The notes under the pieces: generated by a model | Told to the model about the DNA's origin: nothing | Databases searched by the model: none | The model's input: only the letters and a program-made list of their open reading frames with translations | Source: an uncultured Staphylococcaceae bacterium | Lineage (GTDB): Bacteria; Bacillota_I; Bacilli_A; ML615J-28; CAG-313 | Reading direction: 5' to 3' | Length of the DNA stretch: 64,000 nucleotides | Assembly (NCBI GenBank): GCA_964409955.1 | Contig: CAYPEY010000001.1 | Span: 738 to 64,737 of the forward strand | In this document: positions 9,721-22,185 of the stretch, piece by piece | Layout: each line of letters starts with the position of its first letter | Numbering within the stretch: the stretch's first letter is position 1 | Position numbers and translations under genes: made by a program

Positions 9721-10452
9721 CTACACCTCCAACTCATAAGAAATAGCTGCCATTATGTAACTTGGCGCAACTTCTGTTCTTAATATTCTTGGACCAAGCG
9801 CAACTGGAATAAATTTATTATCTAATAATGCCTTAAGTTCTTTTTCACTAATTCCACCTTCTGGCCCTACAAGTACTAAAATATTTTTGTATTTTTTTTC
9901 TTTTAATACTGTTTTTAAAGATTGATCTTCTGAAATATTTTCATATGCCACTAAGCATAAATCATATTTTGAACTTTCTTTAATAAATGATTTAAAATCA
10001 ATTGGAGCCTCAACTTTTAACTTGTAAGTTCTATGACTTTGTTCAGAAGCTTCTTTTGCAATTTTATTCATTCTTTCTAACTTTCGTTCTAGTTTTTCAT
10101 CATTAAATTTAACATTACATCTTTCCATCATTACAGGAAGATATGCCACTGCACCTAGTTGAGTGATTTTGTCAACTACTTCTTCCATCTTTTCACGTCT
10201 AACTACTCCTTGCGCAATAGTCACTGAAACAGGAATTTCTTTATTTTCAATTAATTTTTCTTCTATCATTAATTCAACTTGTTTATCTGTAATATCGGAA
10301 ATACTACATAAAAAAGAATCATTATTATCGCATACAATAACTTTATCGCCTAATCGCATACGCATTACTTTAGTAATATGATGATAATCGCTATCATTTA
10401 TTATTATTTGGTTTCCAAACACATTTTCTTTGTTGATAAAATATCTTTGCAT
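9721..10452 (-). CDS. rsmE: 16S rRNA (uracil1498-N3)-methyltransferase
   Basis: MQRYF start, PUA-like N-terminus, and C-terminal GPEGG...LGPRILR motif typical of RsmE. Confidence 0.9.
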   Translation of the reverse strand: MQRYFINKENVFGNQIIINDSDYHHITKVMRMRLGDKVIVCDNNDSFLCSISDITDKQVELMIEEKLIENKEIPVSVTIAQGVVRREKMEEVVDKITQLGAVAYLPVMMERCNVKFNDEKLERKLERMNKIAKEASEQSHRTYKLKVEAPIDFKSFIKESSKYDLCLVAYENISEDQSLKTVLKEKKYKNILVLVGPEGGISEKELKALLDNKFIPVALGPRILRTEVAPSYIMAAISYELEV

Positions 10453-10544
10453 GCAAGCACCTCTTTCTTATGTATTATACCAAATTTATCGGTTTTTTGC
10501 AAGAATATAAGACAATCTTAATCGACAATTTTTGGCAAAAAAAA

Positions 10545-10566
10545 GAAGAGTCATTTAAGACTCTTC
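10545..10566 (-). terminator. Rho-independent terminator after the lipoprotein gene
   Basis: gaagagtc-attta(a)-gactcttc. On the minus strand it is followed by a T-run (plus-strand A-run at 10533-10544). Confidence 0.75.
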
Positions 10567-10576
10567 TAAATGTCAA

Positions 10577-12262
10577 TTATTCAGATACAATTTCCTTATA
10601 ATTTGCATATAATGTGATAACACCATCAACTGCTTCTGCAAGAGTTGCTGTTTCAATAGATGTTAACATCTTAGTTGCATCAGTTTCTCCTTCTACTAAT
10701 GACCAACCATCAAATTCATAACCATCTTTGAATGGAGTTTCAAGAACATATGGAGTTTCATTAATTGTAATAGATGTCTTAGCATCTTTACCTTCCATAA
10801 CTGTTGGACAAGCTGCAATAAATGCTTCACTTGTTCCAGTTCCTGCAAAATTCATAGATGCAACTTCACCTTGGTATGTACCTTCAGTAAATAATGCCAT
10901 TAAATTTGGACGAACATATTTATTGAATTGAACCATTTCAGTATTCATAGTGAAGAAATGTTTAATTGCTGGAGATTCTGCAACAGCTTTAGCATAGATA
11001 TAATCTAATAACCATGCCCATTCAGTTTGATGATTTTGGAAGAATACTTTTACACCACGAGATGCAGAAACACCGTAGAATGTTTCAGGAGTAACACCTG
11101 TTAATGAATAGAATTCAGCGTAATCAGCAACGAATGCATTTGCAAGATCAGTTACAGTTTTATATTTAGGAACTTCACGTTGGAATTCACCATCAGCAAG
11201 TACATAATTAATTGTGAATGTAGCAACTTCCCATTGAGCAGTTAAAGTAACATCTTCTAAACGTTTAGCCTCAATTGAATCTACTTTAGTTTCACCTTCA
11301 TACCAACCTAAGAAATTATATCCTAGTTTAGTAGGAGTAGGAAGAGTAGGAATACCATCTTTTGCAATAAATGTTGCCTCTGGTGCAGTTTCAAATTCAC
11401 CACCATCAAGTTCATATGTTACATTTAATACAGTTTCTGGGTCATACCATTTTGCATATAATGTAATATCACCTACATTACTATAGATAGAATTCACACG
11501 ATTAACAAATTCAGGTTCTGTATACCATCCAAGGAATTCACAATTTTCACGTTCAGGAGCTTGTAATACTATTGGTAAATTTAATAAGCAATAAATTTCT
11601 GGGTTTCTTGCATCATTAACGCCACCATTTAATACATAAGTAATTGCAAATTCAGATTCTACTACTTCTAAATTAAATGTATATTCTTTAGAATCTTCGC
11701 CATCACTTACTGTAGCAGTGATTGTAGTTTCACCAACACCAACAGCAGTAACAAAACCAGAACCATTAACTGTTGCAACTTTTGCAACAGTTTCATCACT
11801 TGATGCAAAACTTACGTTTGCAACATGTCCTGGTACAAGATCTTTTAATTTACAAGTAATTTGTTGAGTACCTTTTTTTAGCATTGTTTGTTCCCAAGTA
11901 CCAAATGTAGCGATTGGTAATCTATTTTCTAATACTACAACTTTAGCAACATCATAAGCTATTGGTTTTTCAGCACATACAACTTTAATAGTTGTTTCAC
12001 CAGCTGCAACACCAGTTAAAACACCATCAGTATAAGTTGCAACAGCACCATTTGAAGATGAATAATTTAATGTAACAACTTCAACATTTGCACCTTTATC
12101 AATATTTGGTTCAACATTCCAAGTTTCACCAACTTTTACATAATATACTTCGCTATCAAAATCAAGTTGAACATAGTCTTTTGATTTCGCACAAGAAGCA
12201 AGAGTTAATACTAAGCCAAATACGGCTACTAATAAGAAAAATCGTCTTCTAATCTTTAACAT
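10577..12262 (-). CDS. Surface lipoprotein with Big_2-like Ig domains and Listeria-Bacteroides (Flg_new) repeats
   Basis: Signal peptide with lipobox LTLASC. GETTIKV/GETTITA are Ig-like (Big_2) motifs. Repeated Y.L.GG...GY.F.GWY....LYAKW modules are Flg_new repeats. Confidence 0.85.
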   Translation of the reverse strand: MLKIRRRFFLLVAVFGLVLTLASCAKSKDYVQLDFDSEVYYVKVGETWNVEPNIDKGANVEVVTLNYSSSNGAVATYTDGVLTGVAAGETTIKVVCAEKPIAYDVAKVVVLENRLPIATFGTWEQTMLKKGTQQITCKLKDLVPGHVANVSFASSDETVAKVATVNGSGFVTAVGVGETTITATVSDGEDSKEYTFNLEVVESEFAITYVLNGGVNDARNPEIYCLLNLPIVLQAPERENCEFLGWYTEPEFVNRVNSIYSNVGDITLYAKWYDPETVLNVTYELDGGEFETAPEATFIAKDGIPTLPTPTKLGYNFLGWYEGETKVDSIEAKRLEDVTLTAQWEVATFTINYVLADGEFQREVPKYKTVTDLANAFVADYAEFYSLTGVTPETFYGVSASRGVKVFFQNHQTEWAWLLDYIYAKAVAESPAIKHFFTMNTEMVQFNKYVRPNLMALFTEGTYQGEVASMNFAGTGTSEAFIAACPTVMEGKDAKTSITINETPYVLETPFKDGYEFDGWSLVEGETDATKMLTSIETATLAEAVDGVITLYANYKEIVSE

Positions 12263-12373
12263 GTTATTCTCCTTTTTATTAGAATTTTACTATTATATTA
12301 TAACATTTTTTAAAATAAATAGCAAGCGTTTTCATATTTTTTATTTTATATTTTTATTAAACAACAAAAATAA

Positions 12374-12397
12374 AAGCCTATCAGTAGTGATAGGCTT
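12374..12397 (-). terminator. Rho-independent terminator after dnaJ
   Basis: aagcctatca-gtag-tgataggctt, with a T-run on the minus strand. Confidence 0.8.
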
Positions 12398-12403
12398 ATT
12401 TTT

Positions 12404-13516
12404 TTACTTAATTTTAAAGAACTTTTTGATTTTTTCAAACACTGAATTATTCTTAGATTCATCAGTTTTTGAAAGCTCTGCAAAAATATCTTTTTGTTTT
12501 TGAGATAAAGATGTAGGTGTTACAACTACAATTGTAACAATTTGATCACCTTTTCTACCATTAATTTTATTATCGATTCCCTTACCAGAAAGCTTTAACT
12601 TAGTGCCAGATTGAATACCTGCAGGAATTTTTAAATTTACCATTCCATATAATGTTTGAATTTCCATTGAAGCTCCAAGCGCTGCTTGACTAAATGTGAT
12701 TGGTAATTCAAATACGATGTTGTTTCCATCACGTTCAAACAATTCATGACGTTTGACTCTTACATGAATTAATAAATCGCCGCTTGCGCCACCTTTAATA
12801 CCTGCTTCACCTTCACCTGATAATCTAATTGTTTGGTCATCAGCAATGCCAGCAGGGATTTTAACATTTATTGTTTTGTTCTTTCTAACGCGACCGTTTC
12901 CATTACACTCAGGACATGCTTTCTTAATCTTCTTACCATTACCATGACATTCCGGGCAACTTACTTCTGATCTCATCATACCAAGAATTGTATTTTGTTG
13001 AGTGATAATTGTTCCACGGCCACCACATCTTGTACATGTAACGATATCATCTTTAGACTCAGCACCACTTCCACCACATTTAGAACATTTATCAAGTCTT
13101 GTAACACTAACTTTCTTTTCTACACCAAATGCAGCTTCTTCAAATGTTACTGTAACTTCAGTTTGAATATCATTCCCACGTCTTGCACCATTTGAACGCG
13201 AGCTACTTCTTCCGCCCATTCCGCCAAAAATACTACTAAAGATATCTTCAAATCCAAATCCACCAGCACCGCCAGCACCACCTGCAAAGCCATTCATATC
13301 TTCGGTTCCAAATCTATCATAATTAGCACGTTTTTCAGGATCACTTAAACAGTCGTATGCACCTTGTATTTCTGCAAACTTTTCAGTCGCATCTTTTTCT
13401 TGTGATACGTCAGGGTGATATTTTTTAGCAAGAGAACGATATGCTTTTTTTATTTCATCACTAGAGGCATCTCGTGATACCCCTAGGACTTCATAATAAT
13501 CTCTTTTTGTTGCCAT
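12404..13516 (-). CDS. dnaJ: Molecular chaperone DnaJ
   Basis: J-domain with HPD, a G/F-rich region, and four CxxCxGxG zinc motifs. Confidence 0.97.
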   Translation of the reverse strand: MATKRDYYEVLGVSRDASSDEIKKAYRSLAKKYHPDVSQEKDATEKFAEIQGAYDCLSDPEKRANYDRFGTEDMNGFAGGAGGAGGFGFEDIFSSIFGGMGGRSSSRSNGARRGNDIQTEVTVTFEEAAFGVEKKVSVTRLDKCSKCGGSGAESKDDIVTCTRCGGRGTIITQQNTILGMMRSEVSCPECHGNGKKIKKACPECNGNGRVRKNKTINVKIPAGIADDQTIRLSGEGEAGIKGGASGDLLIHVRVKRHELFERDGNNIVFELPITFSQAALGASMEIQTLYGMVNLKIPAGIQSGTKLKLSGKGIDNKINGRKGDQIVTIVVVTPTSLSQKQKDIFAELSKTDESKNNSVFEKIKKFFKIK

Positions 13517-13552
13517 AATAGGCCCCTTTCTACTTTTCCTCTATTGTCTTAC

Positions 13553-15382
<1,830 letters not shown>

Positions 15383-15401
15383 TTACCTCCGAATTTTTAA
15401 T

Positions 15402-16025
15402 TTATTTTGTGACCTTTACCATACTAGGTCTAAGGATACGATCTTTATAAATGTAGCCTTCCATAACTACTTCAACAATAATATTTGCCTCAACACCTTC
15501 AACTTCAACTGTTTCTAAAGCTTGATGGTATGTTGGATCAAACGGTTTGTTTAGAGCTTCGATTTTAGAAACCCCATAGCTTTCTAAAGTTTGTTTAAGT
15601 CTTGCGTTTATCATCGCAAAACCACTTAAAAATTTCTTCAATTTCTCATCATCTGTTTTAATACTAACTGCTTTATCAAAAACATCAACTAAATCAATTA
15701 TTTCACTAAAGAAATCTTGCATTGCATATTTTCTTTCTTTAATACGTTCTTCATAAGTTCGACGTTTAAAGTTTTCAAGTTCAGCTTGATTTCTTAAAAG
15801 TAAATCGCTTAATTCAATAATCTTTGCATTTAATGCTTGATTTTGTTCTTCTAAATTCTTGATTTGTTGTTTTAATTTATCATTTTTCTTATTTTTGGAA
15901 GTTTTTTCTTCAGCGATTTCTTCCACATCTTGAACAATGTCTTCTACCTCTTCAGCAACCTCTTCATTAGATTGAACTGTTTCTTCTAATTCTTTTTCTT
16001 CTTCACGATAACGATTGTTTTCCAT
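15402..16025 (-). CDS. grpE: Nucleotide exchange factor GrpE
   Basis: Acidic N-terminus, a coiled coil, and the conserved C-terminus KPFDPTYHQA...RPSMV. Confidence 0.95.
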   Translation of the reverse strand: MENNRYREEEKELEETVQSNEEVAEEVEDIVQDVEEIAEEKTSKNKKNDKLKQQIKNLEEQNQALNAKIIELSDLLLRNQAELENFKRRTYEERIKERKYAMQDFFSEIIDLVDVFDKAVSIKTDDEKLKKFLSGFAMINARLKQTLESYGVSKIEALNKPFDPTYHQALETVEVEGVEANIIVEVVMEGYIYKDRILRPSMVKVTK

Positions 16026-16033
16026 TTTTACAC

Positions 16034-17044
16034 CTATACTATTTTCTTCATATTTTTTGCAATATATTCAAGAAGAGGTATAACTTTACTATACTCCATT
16101 CTTGTCGGTCCAAATACTGTTATTGCTCCAACAGAACCACTATTCGTTTCATAAGGAACAGTAATAACCGCACAATCTTGCATTATTTTTAAATCATTTT
16201 CTTGACCAATCTTAATGTTAATTCCCATACTATCAGATTTAACAATTCTTAAAATATCACGTTTTTCAACAGCATTTATAAACTCTCTTACTTTGTTCAC
16301 ATCTTGGAATTCTGGTTGAGATAAAATATTATATTTACCACTTATATGATATTTATCCGTTGCCATTTCACTAAAAGCATTAACAAAAGCATCAACTAGT
16401 TCACTGTGATAATCAATATATTCTCTGATTTCTTCATTTGCAACATCATCAAATAATTGATTTTGAATATCACTAACTAAACAATTATGAAGTACTTCAT
16501 CAAGTACCGTAATGGTTTTTTGAACTTCTTTTATACTAATATGAGGCGGAACTATAATTCTCTTACTTTCAACATGGCCTTGATCCGTTACCATTAATAT
16601 CACCGCATAGTTTTCTTTTAAAGAAATAAACTCTAATTTTTTTATTCGAGAATTATAAGCCGTTTTCCCAAGTGCAATAGACGCATAATTAGTAAGTTCA
16701 GTAACAAGTTCCATCGATTCTGTTATTGCTTCTTCACGAGTTATATTAGGTCTATTAAAAATTTTATCTAACATTGGAAATTCAGATTCATCATTATTCT
16801 TTTTCATAATGATCTCTTCTACATATAAACGATATCCTCTTTCAGAAGGAATTCTTCCACTTGATGTATGAGTCTTTTCTAAGAATCCTAAATCTTCTAA
16901 AATTGCCATATCGTTTCTAAGTGTTGCTGTAGAAAAGTTTAACTCCGGTCTTCTAGATAAAGCAAGAGATCCTACAGGTTCATTTGTTTTTACATATTCT
17001 TCTACGATTGCTATTAATACTAATCGTTGTCTTTCGCTTAACAT
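16034..17044 (-). CDS. hrcA: Heat-inducible transcription repressor HrcA
   Basis: MLSERQRLVLIAIVEEYVKTNEPVGS is the typical HrcA N-terminal winged helix. The gene heads the grpE-dnaK-dnaJ operon. Confidence 0.95.
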   Translation of the reverse strand: MLSERQRLVLIAIVEEYVKTNEPVGSLALSRRPELNFSTATLRNDMAILEDLGFLEKTHTSSGRIPSERGYRLYVEEIIMKKNNDESEFPMLDKIFNRPNITREEAITESMELVTELTNYASIALGKTAYNSRIKKLEFISLKENYAVILMVTDQGHVESKRIIVPPHISIKEVQKTITVLDEVLHNCLVSDIQNQLFDDVANEEIREYIDYHSELVDAFVNAFSEMATDKYHISGKYNILSQPEFQDVNKVREFINAVEKRDILRIVKSDSMGINIKIGQENDLKIMQDCAVITVPYETNSGSVGAITVFGPTRMEYSKVIPLLEYIAKNMKKIV

Positions 17045-17056
17045 ATGTACCTCCTT

Positions 17057-17083
17057 TTAGCACTCTTTCTACTTATCTGCTAA
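17057..17083. promoter_or_regulatory. CIRCE operator, imperfect copy
   Basis: TTAGCACTC-N9-ATCTGCTAA, compared with the consensus TTAGCACTC-N9-GAGTGCTAA. It lies just upstream of hrcA. Confidence 0.7.
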
Positions 17084-17100
17084 CATTATATCATACAATT

Positions 17101-17127
17101 TTAGCACTGTCAAGAGAAAAGTGCTAA
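17101..17127. promoter_or_regulatory. CIRCE operator, second copy
   Basis: TTAGCACTG-N9-AAGTGCTAA. Confidence 0.8.
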
Positions 17128-17171
17128 TTTGTTAATATTTTATTCACTTTTTTTGTTTTTATACATAAAAA

Positions 17172-17205
17172 AGGAATTAACAAAAAAGGTTTTTTGTTAA
17201 TTCCT
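17172..17205 (-). terminator. Long hairpin terminator between the upstream operon and the hrcA promoter
   Basis: aggaattaacaaaaaa / ttttttgttaattcct inverted repeat. Confidence 0.7.
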
Positions 17206-17211
17206 AAATGT

Positions 17212-17826
17212 TTATTTTAAATATCTATTATGTTTAAGCTCATTGTATAATGTTGTAACCTCATCATGACCTGGATATATTTTATAATCTTTTTTAAGCT
17301 TCTTAAATTTTTCTAAACTTTGCATTAAAGTAACCATATTACCAGTTGGCAAATCACATCTTCCAACAGTTTTTTTAAATAGTGTATCACCAGTAAAAAT
17401 CATATCATCTATTATATAAGATACACAGCAATCGGTATGACCTGGTGTAAACATTACCTTTACTTTTATATCGCCAAGGTTTAAATTTTCACCATCACCA
17501 ATTATTTTTAATTTTGATTCATCAATTTTATCCAAAGTTCTTTTTCCAAAAAACATTGCACAACTTGTTGAAACATCTGTTAGTTTATTTTTTGCAAGTT
17601 TATGTAAATAACAAACCGAACCAGTTTTTTTCAAATATAAGCTTAAATTATTAAAATGATCATAGTGGCCATGGGTAAGTAAAATTGCGACTACTTCTTT
17701 TTCACCTATTGCTTTTTCAATAAATTGATATTGATTAGCAGGATCAATAATTATACAATGACTTTCTGTACTTACTAGATAAGTATTAGCGTTTTCGCTC
17801 TTATCTAAAAATACTTCTACTTTCAT
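17212..17826 (-). CDS. MBL-fold metallo-hydrolase (glyoxalase II-like)
   Basis: THGHYDH motif plus downstream His and Asp ligands. Confidence 0.85.
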   Translation of the reverse strand: MKVEVFLDKSENANTYLVSTESHCIIIDPANQYQFIEKAIGEKEVVAILLTHGHYDHFNNLSLYLKKTGSVCYLHKLAKNKLTDVSTSCAMFFGKRTLDKIDESKLKIIGDGENLNLGDIKVKVMFTPGHTDCCVSYIIDDMIFTGDTLFKKTVGRCDLPTGNMVTLMQSLEKFKKLKKDYKIYPGHDEVTTLYNELKHNRYLK

Positions 17827-19172
17827 TATTTATTATCTGGAAGACTTGCAGCAGCGATTGATTGACCTACACGACGAGTCCATTCATCAGGTGTAACGAT
17901 TTGAACATCTTTGTATTCAGGGAATTCGTTCTTTAATACTTCATTAGCTTTTTCGATAATGATATCTCCACCTTCACCACTTGTTACACGTCCAAGTAAT
18001 AATAAATATTTAATATCATAGAATTCAGAATAATAAGCAATACTATATCCTAAATATGTACCAATATTTTCATAGATTTCTCTAGCACGTGGATCTTGTT
18101 CTTTCATTAAACCTTGAACAACTTTTAATTTTTCAGCAGGTGATGCATTTTCATCTAGTTCAATTCCTGCAAATCCTGCAAGTTTAATTACACCATCTTG
18201 GCTGAAGTATTTAACACCACATCCATAGTCTCCACTCCATTCATCAACCATAGCACCTTGGTTATAGTCAACTGGAACGAATGCAAGTTCAGAAAGCCAT
18301 CCATTTAAGTTACCATCTTTATTAACGTAACCAGCAGCTTCACTTGTACCCATAGCGATACCTAATACTTGTCCTGATTTTAAGCTCATAGAACCAGCTA
18401 AAGCTGTAACGTCACCATCATTAGCAACTGTTAGAGGAACATCACCGAATTCTTTTGCAGCACGAATATACATATCGCGAACTTTAGCATCAAATTCATC
18501 TTGAGGAACTTTAATGAATAAAGAAGCAACACGAACTTCGTTATCAATGTAAATACCAGCACTAGATACACCGATTGCATCTACTCTAGGCATTTTTGCA
18601 GCAGCACGTTTGAAACTATCTAAAATTCCTGCATAATGATATTCTGGATCGCTATTGATTTTAGGGAACCATACAACTTCTTCAGAGTGAATAACTTCAC
18701 CATTAACAACAGCACTAACTTTTCTATCAGATCCTCCAGCATCAAAACCAATACGACATCCATCTAAATGTCCACCAGCTGGAAGTGAAGCTTCAACACT
18801 TGCAGGCACTTCTTCTAAAGTTCCTGTAATGACTTCAAATGGTTGGTTATATACATTTGACATAAAATTAACATCAAAATCTCTTTTTCCGCCTTTAGAG
18901 AAAACTTCTTTCATTTTTGCACAAACTAGGTCATGTCCACCTAAATAAATTTTATAACCACCTACTACCCAAAGGATACTTTTGATAACTCTTTCTACCA
19001 TTTCATAGTTATCAGCATTATCTCCAGGATATACGTTTAAATCATAACGATAACGATATCCGCTATTTCTTTCAACACAAATAGCAAATGGAACGCTTGC
19101 GTTTTCTTTAAACTTTCTTAATTCTAAAACCATTGGTCTAAATGATTTTTCAAGAGTTGGTACATACTTCAT
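17826..19172 (-). CDS. ASKHA-superfamily sugar kinase-like protein (ROK-like)
   Basis: GFDAGGSDRKV is a phosphate-1-type motif, followed by a Gly-rich stretch ANDGDVTALAG. The specific substrate cannot be assigned. Confidence 0.6.
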   Translation of the reverse strand: MKYVPTLEKSFRPMVLELRKFKENASVPFAICVERNSGYRYRYDLNVYPGDNADNYEMVERVIKSILWVVGGYKIYLGGHDLVCAKMKEVFSKGGKRDFDVNFMSNVYNQPFEVITGTLEEVPASVEASLPAGGHLDGCRIGFDAGGSDRKVSAVVNGEVIHSEEVVWFPKINSDPEYHYAGILDSFKRAAAKMPRVDAIGVSSAGIYIDNEVRVASLFIKVPQDEFDAKVRDMYIRAAKEFGDVPLTVANDGDVTALAGSMSLKSGQVLGIAMGTSEAAGYVNKDGNLNGWLSELAFVPVDYNQGAMVDEWSGDYGCGVKYFSQDGVIKLAGFAGIELDENASPAEKLKVVQGLMKEQDPRAREIYENIGTYLGYSIAYYSEFYDIKYLLLLGRVTSGEGGDIIIEKANEVLKNEFPEYKDVQIVTPDEWTRRVGQSIAAASLPDNK

Positions 19173-19189
19173 TTTAATTTCTCTCCTTC

Positions 19190-19438
19190 TTATGTATCTA
19201 TCTTCTTTTCTTTATTTTCAACGATAATGACATCATTTCCAATTTTAACTATTTTATTCCACGGAATAAGCATGATGTCCTTATTGCTAAACAAATTTAA
19301 AAACTTGAAACTACGGTAAATACTTATATTTAAAACTTTACCAGTAGCTACGTCAATATCTAAATCAGCTATTTTGCCAAGTTTAGAGCCATCTTCTTCA
19401 TCGATAATATCTTTTGTTGATAATTCCGATAATTTCAT
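19190..19438 (-). CDS. YlmC/YmxH-family sporulation protein (PRC barrel)
   Basis: 82 aa. MKLSELSTKDIIDEEDGSKLGKI.DLDID..TGKV is characteristic of the family. Confidence 0.8.
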   Translation of the reverse strand: MKLSELSTKDIIDEEDGSKLGKIADLDIDVATGKVLNISIYRSFKFLNLFSNKDIMLIPWNKIVKIGNDVIIVENKEKKIDT

Positions 19439-19490
19439 TATATCACCCTTTTCTATATATTATATAGAATAGGCGACAAAATATAACAAA

Positions 19491-19817
19491 TTATTCAATA
19501 TATTCGATCGGATTATCTCCATACATCCCATCTAAATTATATCTAAATCTTTCTTCACCAACAAATAGATGAACAACAACATCGTTTAAATCTACTAAAA
19601 ACCAACTTGTATCAGAAGTTGTTGTAAAACTTCTAACTACAAATCCATTAATTTCCGCTTCTTTTTTCAAATAGTTTACTGCAGCATTACCTTGACGAGC
19701 AGTATTAACGCTACATACAATACTATAATCATAAAAAGGTGTAATGTTTTTCATATCATAAACTTTAATAGATTTAACAACAGCCTTATTTAATATTTCT
19801 ATAACCTTATTATACAT
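19491..19817 (-). CDS. rsfS: Ribosome silencing factor
   Basis: Size, position after yqeK, and the W.L.D..DVVVHLF motif. Confidence 0.9.
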   Translation of the reverse strand: MYNKVIEILNKAVVKSIKVYDMKNITPFYDYSIVCSVNTARQGNAAVNYLKKEAEINGFVVRSFTTTSDTSWFLVDLNDVVVHLFVGEERFRYNLDGMYGDNPIEYIE

Positions 19818-20406
19818 TTTTCCTCACTTTTTTTAAATAGAATTGATAAGTTTTTTTCGTTAACTCATAAATTCCTTGATTTTTAGATTCTAAATAACTA
19901 ATTGTTGCTTCTAATATATACAAAACTGCCTCGTCTAAATTTCGTTTTGCAATATTTCTAGCAACTTGCATTGTCTCTTCTTTTCTTGTTATTTCCTCAA
20001 TATAATCGCTAATAAATATAATTTTTTCAAGATTAGTCATATTAGGACGTCCTGTTGTGTGATATTTAATAGCATCAAGAATTTCATTATCTTCTACATT
20101 ATATTTATCTTTAGCATAAATACTGCCAACAAAGCTATGCCAGACTGACGGATAATCTTTCAATTCACAAGACTCTTCTATAAAACTAGTTTTAATAATA
20201 TCCCACATTTTTTCTTTTGGTAAAAATTTTGCAATATCATGAAACGCTGCAGCACTTATAACTTTATTTTCATCAATATTTAAATTGTGAATTTTATTTA
20301 GTTCAAGCGCCATTTGAACTACCCCTAATGTATGGTAATATCTTTTTTGAAGAGTCGAATCAATTGTAAACTCAACTTTTACTTTTTCTAATATTTGATT
20401 AAGCAC
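19810..20406 (-). CDS. yqeK: HD-domain bis(5'-nucleosyl)-tetraphosphatase YqeK
   Basis: H...HDIAK HD motif and yqe-cluster synteny. Confidence 0.85.
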   Translation of the reverse strand: MLNQILEKVKVEFTIDSTLQKRYYHTLGVVQMALELNKIHNLNIDENKVISAAAFHDIAKFLPKEKMWDIIKTSFIEESCELKDYPSVWHSFVGSIYAKDKYNVEDNEILDAIKYHTTGRPNMTNLEKIIFISDYIEEITRKEETMQVARNIAKRNLDEAVLYILEATISYLESKNQGIYELTKKTYQFYLKKVRKNV

Positions 20407-21553
20407 TTTGTTCAGTCTCTTTCATAATTGATACTTTAATCATCTTTGGAACAACTACTTTAACAATCGATGCCTCAGATACAATTCTTACAAAACCAAT
20501 ACCAGAAATAAATAAATTAGCAGTTCCATTTATTTCAAACACTAATTCTTTTCTTTCTTTTAAACTTTCGATTTCTTCAAGAGTTGTTGGTGGAGTTAGT
20601 AGCTTTCCTAGTTGTGTTTCAAATAAAGCATCCGAATTAATAGTTTTAGTCCTATGAATATATAATTGATTAGCAACAAAGAAACTTACATTACTTTTTG
20701 CATCTCCACTAAATTCAAGCGACGCTAGTCCCCCTAAAAAAATAGTTTGATCAGGGTTAAGCTGGTAAGTTCTAGGTTTCAAGAAACTCTTCGGAGTTAG
20801 CATTGAGACAGAATCACTATTTAAATATGCATAGTAATTACTAGGATTAATAATACCTGGAGTATCAATAATATAGCTATTACTATCAAGTGGCCATTTA
20901 ATAAAATCAAGAGTAGTTTGGAATTGACTACTTGTTGTAATTACATCTTTGTCATGATTCAAATAAAGTTTACCAATTTGATTCATAAATGTTGACTTAC
21001 CAACGCTTGAATGTCCTACTACATAACAATTACCAAACCTGTCTTCCGGTTTTTTCTTACTATATTTATCTTTTTTAGGATATTTTAATTTTGTAATTTT
21101 AGCAACAACTTTTTTAATATCATCAGCTTTATTAGAACTAATAAACATTACACCTTCAACATTAATTAATTCTTCTTTTGCAACTCGTCTTACCCAAGCC
21201 TCTAAACTATGAAGTTTCATTTGTTTAGGCAGAATATCTGTTTTATTTACCAATATCAATGTTTTATTATTCCCAATATATTTTACAAGATTCGGAATAA
21301 AACCACCACAGATATCCATAACATCAATCATTAAGATAACTAGTGCATTCTCATCTTTTATTATTCTAATTTTATCATAATAACTTTTTAGATTGTTCTC
21401 AGGAGTATATTTAACATTATGATGTCTAATATCAAAACATCTTTTACAATATACATTTTCACCACGTTCAATTAATGCACTTTCTGGTAAATATCCAGGA
21501 AGATTCTTATCTGATGTTTGAATTTTAATTCCACAACCAATACATCTACTCAT
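20399..21553 (-). CDS. yqeH: Ribosome biogenesis GTPase YqeH
   Basis: N-terminal CIGCG...CKRCF zinc finger, followed by a circularly permuted GTPase (NKTD then GHSSVGKST). Start taken at MSRCIGCG. Confidence 0.9.
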   Translation of the reverse strand: MSRCIGCGIKIQTSDKNLPGYLPESALIERGENVYCKRCFDIRHHNVKYTPENNLKSYYDKIRIIKDENALVILMIDVMDICGGFIPNLVKYIGNNKTLILVNKTDILPKQMKLHSLEAWVRRVAKEELINVEGVMFISSNKADDIKKVVAKITKLKYPKKDKYSKKKPEDRFGNCYVVGHSSVGKSTFMNQIGKLYLNHDKDVITTSSQFQTTLDFIKWPLDSNSYIIDTPGIINPSNYYAYLNSDSVSMLTPKSFLKPRTYQLNPDQTIFLGGLASLEFSGDAKSNVSFFVANQLYIHRTKTINSDALFETQLGKLLTPPTTLEEIESLKERKELVFEINGTANLFISGIGFVRIVSEASIVKVVVPKMIKVSIMKETEQSA

Positions 21554-22115
21554 TATGATCACTCTTTCTTCCAATAATCGTTCTAATATTATTAGCTAGT
21601 ATTGGATCTTGTTTTTCTATTTTCTTAAGTACCATTTTTTCACGTTTACGATTAATTTTAGTGTACCATTTTTCAGTTTTTCTTGAAATTGAATGAACTA
21701 ATACTGAGTCAACTTTTAACTTATTAGCACAAGCAATATCAGTTAACAATTGATCTCCAACCATAATCATTTCTTCTTTATTAATATTATTCTTTTTTAA
21801 GAATGCCTTGATTTTTCTTGTAAATGGTTTACGAGCAAGTACTAGATAATCATCGACGATAAATTTTTCAGTATAAGTTTTGGTACGATATAATTTATTA
21901 TTTGAAGCAATATAAATTTTAAAACCAATAAGCCTTAATTTATCATTTAATTCAAGTTGCTTTTCCGTTGGCAATACTTCCGCATACGATGCCAAAGTAT
22001 TATCTAAATCAAATAGTATAACTTTTTTACCACTTGCATATAATTTATTAAAGTCAATATCATAGACAGTTTTAGCAAGATATGTAGGAATATATTTACT
22101 CAAGAAAAGCACCAC
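21546..22115 (-). CDS. yqeG: YqeG-family HAD-IIIA phosphatase
   Basis: FDLDNTL and GDQLLTD motifs. The exact start (GTG or TTG near 22106-22115) is uncertain. Confidence 0.85.
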   Translation of the reverse strand: MVLFLSKYIPTYLAKTVYDIDFNKLYASGKKVILFDLDNTLASYAEVLPTEKQLELNDKLRLIGFKIYIASNNKLYRTKTYTEKFIVDDYLVLARKPFTRKIKAFLKKNNINKEEMIMVGDQLLTDIACANKLKVDSVLVHSISRKTEKWYTKINRKREKMVLKKIEKQDPILANNIRTIIGRKSDHNE

Positions 22116-22185
22116 CTTTCATATATATATTATACTAAAAAATCTTCTTTTTGTCTATAGTTTTAATCTTACAAGGAGTGTTTAA

